From the NCBI GenBank assembly GCA_012026655.1, contig JAAILG010001511.1:1-64000 (forward strand): 64,000 nt of DNA, read 5' to 3'. The DNA comes from Hydrolagus affinis. Lineage: Eukaryota. Below the pieces are notes generated by a model that made no database searches, was not told the DNA's origin, and saw only the letters and a list, made by a program, of their open reading frames with translations. Of the stretch, positions 38,817 to 51,976 are shown one piece after another. A program made the translations under genes and the position numbers. The first letter of the stretch is position 1. The number at the start of each line of letters is the position of its first letter.

Positions 38817-41803
38817 CTACGTGGAAGAATAGGCAAACAATTAAAGCTCTAATCACTCTGGATATGTGTTAACCATATCCATCATTGGGTACCATGGAGA
38901 AAAGTAATGTCAGGGACTAGTTCTGGATTTTCAGGCATTAAGTCCCGGGTGGAACATTGACTTCCGCCATCCCTCGCGGTGCAGCATATGTTGAATACGT
39001 TGAAGCTTCACTTACTGCTGGCGTCAGATCAAACAAGTTCTCACAAATATAAAGATGCCCTTTCTCCTAAACACAGACCTTTCTGCACAATGTACAGAAC
39101 TGTATCATCAGCCTCAAAAGAATATCAAAGACAAAAAGTCGAACACAACAAACAATGGTCCACATCAGTGCAAGGAAACCACAAAGGCACAAAGGTATCC
39201 TCCAGAAGAAAGTATAAGCGTTATTGTGAATGGATTACCACAACTAAAAAGCTTAACTCTTCGACTGCGACTTTCGTCAACACAGTTAATTATCTCATTT
39301 CTCTGTTCAGTTGTCAAGTGCTTAGAGACCTTCATTGAAGTGATGGGGCGCCTGTATAAATGCAAGTTGACTGCCAAACATTTAAGAACATCAGATTCAC
39401 TGGCAAATGCGAGGATGAGCTACAAGGGTATGTAGAATCATCGGTAAGAAGTAACCCAGAGAAGCCAGTGAAGATCAGATTCCATACCGAGTCAATTATG
39501 GAGGCTTGAACACCCTTCACTTGTGGTTGGGTCCTCCTGACTTGGTAGCACATCAGCTATGTGAACCAGAAACTGCCCTCTACCCTGCTCTATCACTTTG
39601 CCACCCAATGTCCTTTGCAGTACTGGGCACCCATCTGCTCTGAGGCTGAGGTGCCCCCTTCCCTCCCCTCCAATCCAGAGCACCACCCCATGGAGAATCC
39701 TTCAAATAACGAGTCCTCCCGAAGCTTGGCAGCCAGCGCTTGCTTGTTCGCTCTATGAATTGAAACAGAGAAACATTTCCGGAACTCCAATTATAGTCAA
39801 TCACTGTACACTGCTGCAAGCATCCTCGTTTTGTTCATTGGCTCTGACCACAGCAACTTTTCTCATCCAGATCAGAGTATCTGTCCCATTGGATTTGTTT
39901 ATCAGAAGCCTTTCTCTTGTCGTCTGAGCAACTGTTACTCATTCACCAGGTTGCTCTTGTATCCTAAATGTTCTATATACTGTATTCAGGTAGATCAGAA
40001 GTGCTCAGAATACAGCCTAGATATCACTTGGCCACCCTTTCATTTCTGGTTTTTAGGTAACCCTTATTCATTCACTGGCTTCCCAATCGTGTGATTGTGA
40101 ACAGTCTTCATGTCTGCTGTCTGGTCAACTACAACTTTATATAGCAATTATATAGCACCTTTCATGTGGGTCAGCATTTCGGAGAGGTTAATCAGTGAAT
40201 GCATTGGAGGCCATCAAAAGTTTGTGGTTGTCCTAGGATCCAGAGACTAAATTGGAATCATTAAAACTGTAGGACCTACACTCTGGAGGTATGCAATCAA
40301 ATGGGCTGAACCGCTTTCTTCGAATGAGCTCTCTGGTGATCTTTAATGCTGCTGTAGATTACTGTAGAGTACTGTGAGGAAGGGCCTAGCTTCCACTTGG
40401 CCAGTGGCCTTGGGAGGAACGATTCACCGTGAAATCACAAGCTCACCACGTGAAGGCTGGGAGGCAACTGACCTCTGGAGTTATTGTGTCTGGTCACAAA
40501 GCTTCAGGTTTGCAAAAACAGAACCTGAATGACATTCAGAAGGTCTCTAAACCATTTGAACCTTTAAATCATCTGGACCTTGGCTGGGAGTCAACTTAGT
40601 GGCCTTCCACGTTTTTTTTCCCTTCTCCCTAAAACATACAACAATGAAGACTTTTTGTTATTCAGACGCTTAGATCACTGTGTGTGCAGTACAACTGTGT
40701 ATGGATAACTGTGACCACATCACAACGCTCTAGAGATCAATCGGACACAGTATTCAGAGAGCACAGGTATTGTAAGTGGGGTGGGGGAGGAAAGAAGTAA
40801 AATTCTTTGAAAAATTGTCCTGAACATTTAATTACATTCCACCTGCCATTTGAAGTACATAATCATTCCAAGGCTGTTAAATACCAGGATTTTCTCTTAA
40901 CACGTACCATATGAAGAAATAAAACAGGGAAATAAGCATTATGCAAAAACATATGTGGCCCATTATTACTTTTCAAGACAGGCCACTTCACTTAAAAGCA
41001 AGTCATGTATGAGCAAGTTCCATTTAAGAGCAACTATCACTTTTTCCCCCCAATTGGTTTCTATGGCATTGAGTTTCTGTTATGTGTTTCTGTGGCTCTC
41101 TTGCTGTTATGCGCATGTTGTTTCACTTAGAAACATGCCGTTCCTTCCAGTTCCATTGCTCCCTCTCGGAACCTGTGATGGCCTTGCATCATTTGGTCCT
41201 TTACTGCATGCCATTAATCAATGTAACTACTCATAGTTGTGCAAGGCTAAATGTTTATAGCCCTGCTTTTCAAAAGGCAACGAAGAGCAACTATTTCAAG
41301 CGAGGGAGTTTCTTAATTAGTTCTCCGAGCTGTCGCGTACCAAAGCTACTTGATTCCCCTGCTTCTGTGTCACTTTGTTCACCGGTGAGATGGTTAAATG
41401 TAAGCCCCTGAGTTTGGGGGGTTGGTCAGTAGCAATGCGGATGTGAATTGCTGAGAGAAGCTGTTGTAATGAACAGCAAGTTGAGTTGAAAAATAAATCC
41501 CTCCAATGTTTAAAGCCAGATTCTTCAACAAATAAATTGTGCATCGGATTTTTTTTTAAAAAAACACCTGTAATAATTCATTGAGTCAAACACCTATTGC
41601 AAATTTCAAACGTTCTTCTAATGGGGAAGGAGATTCTGAACCTTGCATATTTGTTACAAAGGGGGCTGGCTTCTACTTGGTTCAGTTATTTCCTGCTGAG
41701 CAAGAAACTGGAGATCGCAACCAACTTGGGACTGAAATGGACCGATGTTTTATGCTATCCAAAAGGGAAGGCTGCAACTGCTCAAAGAAGGCATTTTTCT
41801 TAC

Positions 41804-41877
41804 CTGATTATGGCACTACCAGAAGTGAGACCAAGTAATCGTAGAGTTGTTTTCTTTAGTGCAGATTCTCCACTAAT
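41804..41877 (-). CDS. ASPSCR1: ASPSCR1 coding exon 6 (end of UBL2)
   Basis: ctttCAG|ISGESALKKTTLRLLGLTSGSAII(R)|GTAAGA; 74 nt. Confidence 0.95.
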
Positions 41878-42159
41878 CTGAAAGAGGCCGAAAAGTGGAG
41901 AACAATTGTAAGAATATACACACACAAACACAAAAAATCCTCAATGTAACTAAAATCTTCACATCCCACATACATGCCATCTACAAAAAGAAATCATAAT
42001 AATCCCTGCATTTGATATAGGGCCCTATCACCTCATGGAGACGTCACAAAACATTTCACAGAATATACTGTAATGTAAATTGATTGTGTATTTTGTTGTT
42101 ATGAGTGCAATCTTTCACATAACCTCACAATAATCACAACATCCTTTCATCACAAATAA

Positions 42160-42447
42160 GACCTATTTGATATAGTGCTTTTCACGTCTTCCAGGTGCCT
42201 CAAAGTGCTTCACATAATATATTGTAAAGTGAATAATTCACGGTATATTAGTGGGCAAAACGCAGCAGCAAATTGCGCACAGCAGTGTCCTACAAACAGT
42301 CGTGATTAAAGTGACCGTTTTTTTTCTTGAGGGATTTTTTTTTCAGTCATGGCGTAAGGAAACTGAAGATTTCATCCTGCTAGGAATCAAACCCAGCTCT
42401 CTCACTTGCAAGGCGAGTGCTCTAACCACTGAGCAACAGGACTCCAC
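42160..42447 (-). mobile_element. tRNA-derived SINE, diverged (additional tail fragment at about 41997-42095)
   Basis: Head ...ctaaccactgagcaacaggactccac; degenerate body and tail. Confidence 0.8.
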
Positions 42448-45400
42448 GAATGATCAAAAAAAGTTCAATCTTTGTCATGGATATGTGAAAAAAGCATCGA
42501 CTCAAAGCAAGTAATGCCGTTAATAAATAAATTCCTTTTGCAAAACATAAAGTACAAATGGTTACTTAAGAACTGTTTGGCAGTTATAAGGACAAAGGTG
42601 GAAAATTATCTGTGGAGAGCATTCTCTGTGCTCAGTGAGCTGTGCAGCTGGACTGAGGTAACATCTGAGATTTCACTCACTTGTTTTCTTTAACCTTCAA
42701 AAATCCAATCTCTTCTCAAGTAAATAGGAATCAAACAGAGACAGGAATTCAATCAGTGTCAATCTACCTCAAACCACGTTTTGTTTAAATGAAACAAATC
42801 TTGAAAAAGAAATACCCTTTTCAACGTTTCAAATATGGTCATCAAAAATAACAATTAATACACCCAAAGTAGAAGATGTTACAGGTTTTATATGAAAGGC
42901 CACCCAATCATTGTTCCTACTGGGAATCACACCAAGTGATACCAAAGTGTTAGGAACATCTCAAGGGATGTCTTTCTCTTCATAAGCATCAAGATGCCCA
43001 AACACCAGCTATTCATTCTTTGCAGAGTAAACCCGATGGCAGCCAAGGATTAAGCCTCAATTTGTGTTTGTTATAACAAGTTGATTCAATTCCCTGCTGT
43101 GTGCTCATGACAATGCTATTTTCCAACGCCATCCTTACAATTAGTCCTCAAGAGGGTACAGCTGCTGGATTACAGATGCTCGCTGACAAAGCCCTGCGGG
43201 TTTCTATGACGTGCGAACAGTTCATCACTGACTAACATGCAGGACTTCTGACTCAGTTTCACACAATAGAACCCAACTTAATATCCAGACTGCTTCCATT
43301 CCATCTTTCTGTTTAACTCCTTTGGAGCTGGATTCACCTTCCAACCGCTGAACATTCTATTGTATGCATATCTTCAACTGTGCACTGTGCACAGCCTAGT
43401 TCGGTACCACCCAGATGCACAGTGTGTCTCATACCTGAAGCATTTATAGAAATGCTGCTGGCTTCAAGAGTTGCAATGGAAAAACGATTCCCGAGCCTGT
43501 TTTATGTTCTTCGTTCTCAATGAATGGCAAGCGTGTAAAATTAATGTTCTTGTGAACTAGTCTCTAATGGTGGACAATCGCTTTAATGTATACATACACC
43601 ACCAAAAATTTCTCTTGTTTCCCAACAAATTCTGGACTAAAAAAACTTTCCTTTTAAACACTGAACAGTTGCAGCACACTCTGTGTGGAGTCAGGTCAAA
43701 ACCCACCCTAAATCTACCTGGGTTTCTTTTTGCTTTATAACCTTTATGATTAACCACATACAGCCTTTGATGGTAGCTTTGTACCATTTACAGAATCGGT
43801 GGGCAAAATATGATTCAGCTGAACCGCGACATCCATAATTCAACATGCAAGAGCTTAAAAAGGTGTCTGAACTAACTACTGAGGCCCCACACACTCAAAT
43901 TCAGTAATCAGGGCATGGATCATTCCCTATCCTGCAAATTGTTACCTTGTTTTGGTCAACGTTATACTTTCGAAACACGAACAGCACATTTGGTATTTAT
44001 AGTTTTGCTGATCGTGAATTATTGTTGGAGCCATTTGCTAGAACCAACGTGTTGTGGAGCAATTAAAGAGATGATCAGCGCCAGTACATTGCAGCTTGGC
44101 AGAACTCTTAAATTTTAAAGTTAGGAATCTACAAGGTCATCAAACAAGACGGAACCCATGGCTAGCTGTCCTACACGCGAGGTAGGACTCTTGGAAATAT
44201 TTTTGTTATTGGAGCAGGAAGCAAGTGAGAAGTAACCACACAACTCGAGTCATTACAAATTATGTACTTATCCTGAGAAAAGAGAACCTAGAAGATTAAC
44301 GAAGAAGGCATTTCATTTTCTTTGTAAATTCAGCGAGGCTTTCGGATCTGGGCTCCCAACTTGGGAAGTTGTAATGTTAAACGCTGGGTTAAGGCGAATG
44401 TGTTGACCTATAAAGTATTTCTCATTTAGTTCAAAGTAATTCTCATCGAGTTCAAAGGCAGCCGCATAGAACCAATCTGCTCTTCTTTTCCAGGGGTGCA
44501 AAGAGAAATGTGACCGGAGTTCTCAAATGCTTCAAAGCACCGTGAGCAGAGAGTACTTTTAAACAGATGTGACATTTGATGCAGAAGCCCTTTGGAATGA
44601 AATCAGTGCTAGAAAAATATTTGACTTGGCGAGAAGACCTTTTTTTGAACTCACCTAAATTAACTTTTCACTTGCCAGAAATGGTTACTAGAAATTAAAC
44701 CAGATCCTTTTCGCCCTTCGGCTGTTCAAACCCAGCTGGCTTGTCCAACCCGGGCTTTTATCATGGGGGCCTGAATGTACCTTTCTCAAACACAATCGCT
44801 TCCTGATTCTGATATGATTACACACACACGTGCGCGCACACATAAACAGAGCTGATCTTCAAACTTTGCTCTTTTCAGTGGTCACACAACCGTCCTTTGA
44901 TTTTTTTAAATATAAAAAACAACTAAAATATGCTCCCCCACCCCCGCACCTTCCAAACACCCATAGGAACTAAGCGATAGAAGAAATGTAGGTAACTGGC
45001 TTTAAAAAGTTAAGAGAAAGTTGAAGAGTATAAAATCGAAATAATAATCCACGCAGAATTCTTCTTACAATTGTTTAGTAATCATTCGGACCAGCAAGAG
45101 CTCAAATCCCTGACTCCTGCGTCTTCGGACGTCCTCTCAACATGAAAGGCACAGCAAATATAATTTTGCATTGTGTTGTCATAACAAAATCTTTGCTCCC
45201 ATCTGGCAGGCATGGAAGCTAGGTAATAGCACTGTCTATCCTTTATCCCAATCCTGATAATACACAGGTTTATCGCTGGCAAGTTAAGTATCACAATTCT
45301 CCTCCCCACTAGAGACCAAAGTGACCAAAAGACAATGATTTCCATAGAAACATTTATGCTTGAAAACCACAACTCACGGGCGAGAAATTACTTGGTTGAA

Positions 45401-45743
45401 AAGCTACATTAGAACTCTTAAAAGACATTGTTCATTTTCAGATGGTTGGTGTGTTGGCTTTTCCGTCAGGAATCCCATGGTAACTTTACGCTGCAAGTGT
45501 AGGATGGTCAAAAGGCGTCCAAGAAAGTGGTGCCACGTCAACCTGTTTAGAGTTAACTGCAGGACTTTTTAGATCGAATTTGTATGAAAGGGAAATAACA
45601 ATTGCAGCTGGGAGATGGACAGATATGTTCAGCATCTGAGTCAATGGAAAGATTGTTAGAGGACAGGTTTTCTCCACTCGATATCCGTCTCATGTCTAGA
45701 ACATCTATTCAAACCAATCTGATAAGAGAAAAAGTTCACCTAC

Positions 45744-45801
45744 CTCATCTCTCATGTAAACACAGACTGGAGTAGCTTCAAACGGATGTTGTTTGGAAAC
45801 T
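45744..45801 (-). CDS. ASPSCR1: ASPSCR1 coding exon 5
   Basis: ctttTAG|VSKQHPFEATPVCVYMRDE|GTAGGT; 58 nt; conserved TPVCVY-RDE. Confidence 0.94.
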
Positions 45802-48764
45802 CTAAAAGACAGGGGTAGTGGGTCGGAGGTGGTGGGGGTGGCGGAGGGGGTGGGGGGGTAAAAGGAAAGAGGGAGAGCAAACGAAAAGTAGTATTAGTAC
45901 AGATCAAACATGTATCAGCTTAAAGATAGCAAGGAACATTCCTGATCACAATGTAAAGCAACAGTGTGAAAAAAAAATTAACCTCGTGAACTCAAGCCTC
46001 GGCCTCTGCTTTGGTCAGATGTCAAGCCCGCACGGTTTTTAATTTGAGCCATGAACGAGTACCTTGGGTAATCCAGTTGCAGCCGCTAACATGTAACGAT
46101 AAACAGCTGTCAACTCGTGCACACTCCAGATGTGTATCCACTTGCCACAAAACCCCAAGAAGGTGTTGACAGTGTGCCCAATGTACACAGAGGCTGCGGC
46201 AGGCCAGAGTGCAACTCGCGATCCTGACATGAAAGTAAACTGAACCTCACCTGGCTTTGACTAGGTGCTCTTTTGATCGTTTTAGTACCATCTGCGGCCA
46301 GAGAATCTGGTTCAAAAATTGCTGACGACACGCATTTAATTATGCTCTGCGCGGATTCAGCAAGTTTTAAAGGCTTGGGGAATTCATTTCTCTCCTTCGT
46401 TTTAGCCCCTTTTGGTGTCATTTCCCCCCCCAGCAAATCCAATGGGGTTGTAAGCCCTTGTAATAGTGGCAATCGAGTCTGTCTCCGCGGCAGCACACTG
46501 AACGGGAAATGACTTGTTGCACAGAATCGAATGGAACAATCTGCCAACTTCATATGCTTACTGTAAAGGGATTAATTTTGAACCGTGCCATCATTTGGGA
46601 CCACACTCAACTATTCTTATTTAGGCTCCACAAACAGTCCTCAAACAAACGACCAATTTTATTAGGAGGATTGTTAGGAGAGGATACTGGGAGTAATTCC
46701 AATTTCTTTTTGAATGGTATCACAGGACATATTTGATGTCTACTTGAACAGGGAGACAGGATCCCGGTTTACAATGAAATGAAAACTATTTGCCATTCAG
46801 TCACTTCAACCCCATCAACAGCAGCAGAAGTGAGTAAAGTACTATATACACAGCCCTGCTCCTTGAAGTAGATAGTTCTGTTACACCTATGAACACCTAT
46901 CGTTTCGGAAGAGTTTTGTCACACGGGTAGATATACTTTCGGCAAACAAGGAATATAATGACTTTGAATCAGTCACAAAAAGTGGGATCCCAGAGCCCTG
47001 GTTCCTTTGTAACCAACACACACGAGATCTAAAAATCGGAAACATTATTTCTCCAAGACCACATTATTACGTGTCAAAAATAAATTGTAGACACTATCGT
47101 TTTTGGGAGTCATTTTTGAAAAACATTAATTCCACCTGTACAAATAGCAGAGTCATTGCAAGTCTCGGCATAACAGGAAAGCTGTGGCTAAAGGATAAAT
47201 TTTACAAATACCTCTAAGCTCTTACTAAACACCATGGAGTAGATTTACTATATTACAAAAATACAAAATGATTTAGTGCGAGTTCCTTAATGGCTCTGTA
47301 CCAAAGTAATATTCCAACCGTTAATTACACACATAATAGTAATTTGGTCACCTAATCCACGGCTGTTTGTGGGACACAGCTGGGCATGTTGGCTGCCAAG
47401 TTTCGCCCACAAAATATAGTCAATGCACTTTACGATATATTCTGTGAAATGCGCATCGTTGAGGCGTCTCAAAACGCTTCACAGAATATACGGTAAAGTG
47501 GATTGACTGTACTTTGTGGGCAAAGTGCGGCAACCAATTGCGCACAGAAATGCCTCACAGTCAGTCATGGTTGAGTGACCACATCTTCTTTCTTTGGGAA
47601 GGGGTTTAAAATGAAAAAGGGTTTACAATCCAGAAAGAGGAATATCAATATTATAATAATAAATACAGTAATAATAATAATAATCCTTGCATTTGATATA
47701 GCGCATTTCACATTTTCTAAGACGACTCAAAGCGCTTCAGAGACTATACTGTAAAGTGAATTGACTGTATATTTTAGGCAAAATTACTGGTAAATGAATC
47801 CAAAGCAAGGGGAACATGATCTTAAATTTAGCTCTAAACTGGTTTCAAGTGAAATCCGAAAATAATTCTCCATAAAAAGTGTGGTGGGAATGTGGCAAAT
47901 TAGCTCAGAATTGTGCAAAGAGCAGAATCGATTAGGATGTTTAAAATGGAAGATACGGCACTTGGAAGGAAGCAAGGAAACTGATGGGATTACGGAGGGG
48001 GGAAAAAAAAATGGGAAAATCCTATTTAAAACTGAAAATAATCCATCTTGCAGGAATCAAAAGAAAACACGACATTTACACTTTCCTATCAGACACCTGC
48101 TCACTCTGAGGCAGATGTACTCAAATCTTTCTGCTTATATATTGCAGCTGCTTCTAACCAAGGCTGAGCTTCAAGGATTAAATTTTTTTCTCCACCTGTC
48201 TTGGAATCTGAAATGATTGCGCTTTGAAGCTTGCCCCCGGTCCACATCCTTTCACTTAGTGCATCCAGCGACCCCAATTTATTTCACTTCCCCTGCTAAA
48301 TCTTGCTCCGCACACCGCTACCTTATAACCAACCAAGGTTAGAGTAGTACTTACAATTAGCGATCACTAAACAAAAATGTACAGAAAAGCTTCTTCATAT
48401 ACTATTAGATATTTGTCCAGTTCACAGGTTAAACCCTGAATTTTACTTCCACAAGAGCAAAAGGCACCTCCCTACAGTTTCTCTTAGAAGACTCCCGAGT
48501 AAACACACCAAGCTCACAGCAATTCAAGACAGCCTTCGGAATGCAGATATCCCTTGTTTTGGGCCCTTAGAAATTTCACTTGACCTCGTGCAGGTTCTCT
48601 TAAAACCTTATTACGCTCAACTGCAATGGTTTTCAGTCATCAATAAAAAGTCACTAATGATTTAGACTGCATTTAAATGAAAATTATGCCGTGATTACTG
48701 AACAGATTTTTAAATTTTGGGCACTTGGTGAAATGATCTACCAGCACGTATCAGGTTGTGTTTG

Positions 48765-49010
48765 CATGTTCAGGTGGACGTTAAAGGTTCCCGTGGCACT
48801 GTTTAAAAAGAGAAGGGAGTTTCTCCTGGTGTCCTGGCTGACGATCATTCATCTCATGCTGTTTGTGGGACTTTGCTGTGTGCAAACTGCCTGTTGCGTT
48901 TTTTGCCTACAAAATACAATCACTGCACTTTAGTCTATATCCTATGAAGCGCTTTAAGATATTCTCCCAATGTGAAAGACATCATATCAAATGTTTAAAT
49001 TATTATTATG
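48765..49010 (+). mobile_element. Deu-domain SINE relic with L2-type tail
   Basis: TTCAGGTGGACGTTAAAGGTTCCCGTGGCACTG...GGGAGTTTCTCCTGGTGTCCTGGC followed by the shared body and tail; similar relics at about 35890-36030, 46670-46770, 56625-56690, 61945-62050. Confidence 0.75.
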
Positions 49011-50209
49011 AACCGCACACTTATTCTTCTTATTATATATTATTTAAAGACACTTTTTCCTCTACACCACCAGCAGTTTCATTTGGGACTAAATATACGT
49101 TAAGCCGCAAATTTATAACTTCAGAAATTCATTCCAAAGTAACCGAGTCTGTGGATGTCAAACAAATGTAGTTCCCAAATATTGTGCAACGGAATTAACT
49201 ACATCAGATTTCACTCGGGATTTTGAGTTGTATTTTAATTTTAAAGATCAACACAACAGGTTGCCGTGCCTCGTGTTTCCCCGGCACTCGGTTGAAGGGA
49301 AACAGATTAATTCTGTCTAGACTAAGTTGCACTTGTTGAATACTTCCTACTGCACTTTGAAGGACAGACAAGCAGAAGTACAACAGCGGTTGAAAGGGAA
49401 AAGCCACCATTTTGCCTGCTCCCCACACTTGACAAATTGAGTATAATTAAAAGCAGACACCCCTGTGAAAAGTTAAACAGTATCAGATTTCTGAAGGAAA
49501 GAGAATAAACAACTCAAATTGCAACTTAAAAACATCTCCAAATTAAAGAATCGCAAGACGAAAGCGGATATTAATTATGCGTAATAAAAAAAAATTCCAG
49601 GGTTTGGTAAACAGCAAAAAATGATTTGATATCTTTCTTGCAGGTTGCCGTCGAAATGATTTTGAACTTGCATTTTGGGTTGAGCACTTTAAGCTCTCAT
49701 TCTACGGAATCCTATTACGGTTATTAGATCACACAATTCTCTATAAAGGAGGTGAGCAAATTGTTAAAAAGCCTAAAAAAAACATCAAAACGTGGAATGC
49801 CTTTGAAGTCTCCACAACATGGTGAGAATTAGCACGGGATATTATCACATATTACATTTTGCCATTTAAATGCTCTTGAAATCCCAATTGATTGATTGAC
49901 TGCCGCAGTAAAACCGACAAGCCCATCCTTAAAGGCTTTTGCTGCACTGTGAGAAGTGGAGGGGGGGGGGGGGGATGGGGGGGGTTGGGGGAAGGAACGA
50001 TCGCGGTAGGTATTTCACATTTCTTTCTTACTTTCCACCTCCATCAAACTCTTTGCACCAGAACTGAAAGATTTGATGCCTCCTGTGAGGATAGCAATAA
50101 TTCGGTTACTTACACCTGTCTCCGGGACAAATGCTGGAAAGCAATAAATCATTCGTTCCAATAAAATTCTTCCAGCCCCAGTTGAAACTACTCTCAGGTG
50201 AACAGAAAC

Positions 50210-50413
50210 ACAAGCGGCAGTCAATTGCACACGGCAGCGTCCCCATAAACAGTCGTGGATTGAAATGACCAATTTATTATTGTTTTTTACGAGGAATTAT
50301 TATCAGGCGCATGGAGTAAGGAAACTTGCCCAAGGTTTTGACCTGCGTGGAACTGAACTCAGGTCTCTCGCTTGGTAAGCGAGTGCTCTAACCACTGAGC
50401 TGCAGGACTCCAC
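50210..50413 (-). mobile_element. tRNA-derived SINE, 5' two-thirds
   Basis: Head ...ctaaccactgagctgcaggactccac plus body; tail absent. Confidence 0.85.
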
Positions 50414-51157
50414 AATGACCATCTCTCGCGTTGCTAATGTCTACATTTCCTTCTTTGACAAAGTGCAAAGAAAAATGTAACCGCATAACGCCCTGTACAG
50501 TCCGTTATTTTGGAAAGAATTAAGACGGCTGAGCGGGCTGTATTGCTCCATTCATTTTGTTCGTAAAACACAATCTTAAATAAAAAACAGATGCAGACTT
50601 TAAAAGTTCTTGATTCATCTAAAAGCAGTCAATGCGGGGAGAAAACGGGCACTTTAAAGTAACCGCTACACGCACAGAGAATAACATTTCAAATAGAAAC
50701 TTGGTTAAAGAATTCAACTCAATCCTCACCCAAGAGTGGAATTTTTTTTTAAGTTCCTTGCTCTATTTTTTGACCTACCCAGTGTGTAATTCAAACCCAT
50801 TAAAATCTGATCTGCTGGATATATATTTGACTGGGTTCCAACCATGACAACTCCGCCCACCCCACCCCCCCACCCGTATAGACACACACACACACAAATG
50901 GGAAATTCAGGGCAGAAATCTGAATCACAAATAGAAATTTTCCAGAGAGAAACAATTCTCAAAACCTTTCTTTCCCTCTGATGGTAACCAGACAGCCTAG
51001 ATTTAATTCTCCTTGCATCTGATATATAGTGCCTTATCATGTTGAAACTTTACAAAGCACTTCAGAGACTCTTTCTGTAAAGCCCAACGACTGTATTTGG
51101 AGACCAATCCAGCAGCCAATTTGCACACAAACAACTCCCACAAACAGCCTGGAGAGG

Positions 51158-51257
51158 NNNNNNNNNNNNNNNNNNNNNNNNNNNNNNNNNNNNNNNNNNN
51201 NNNNNNNNNNNNNNNNNNNNNNNNNNNNNNNNNNNNNNNNNNNNNNNNNNNNNNNNN
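51158..51257. other. Assembly gap (100 N)
   Basis: Run of exactly 100 N. Confidence 1.
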
Positions 51258-51875
51258 TGTGTGGGGTGGGGTGGGGGGGTGATCTAAAAGATAAGAAATT
51301 GGCAATTTCCAAGAGAATTAATCCAACTCAAGACACTGAAGCGACTGAGCAGTGAACAGGCTGCACCCGGCCTCCCAGGTGAAGGACGTTGTGTGGATTT
51401 CTGCTGCCGCACTTTCATCTTTCCTTAACCACACTTCCTTGCCTTGAAGTTAATGATAAGGCTGTGGTACCACAAGGTTTTAAGAGACTTCCTTTCCAAC
51501 AGTTTTAATAGAATGATTACCTGCCTCGTAATAATAACTTTTCAAATAATTGTTATTACAAATAATTAATAATAATAATCTTTGCATTTCATATAGGGCC
51601 TTATCATACCATAGACACGTCTCAAAGCTCTTCACAGGGATTACTGTAAATTGGATTGACAATGTATTTTGTGAATGAAATGCAGCCACCAGTTTGCGGA
51701 TTGCATTGTCCCACAAACAGCCAAGGAGCGAGCCCAATCCCTTTAATAAGATGGGACTGGTATTTACCCACTTGATTTCCTCCACTCTTTCTGCACCAGA
51801 GGCCAGGAAACATCTGGGACATTCCCCAACTGAGGCAATGCGGAGAGGAAAGGGGGACAAATGAACACTGCTCAC

Positions 51876-51976
51876 CTCGTCTGAGGAAAGTGATCAAGGA
51901 GATCCCACAGAGTGGAGCTGGACTGAAAGTGATGCTGGAGCCTGGATCCATCTTCCAGCTGCAACGCGATCCGAAC
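51876..51976 (-). CDS. ASPSCR1: ASPSCR1 coding exon 4 (UBL2)
   Basis: ctgCAG|VRIALQLEDGSRLQHHFQSSSTLWDLLDHFPQT(R)|GTGAGC; 101 nt. Confidence 0.96.
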
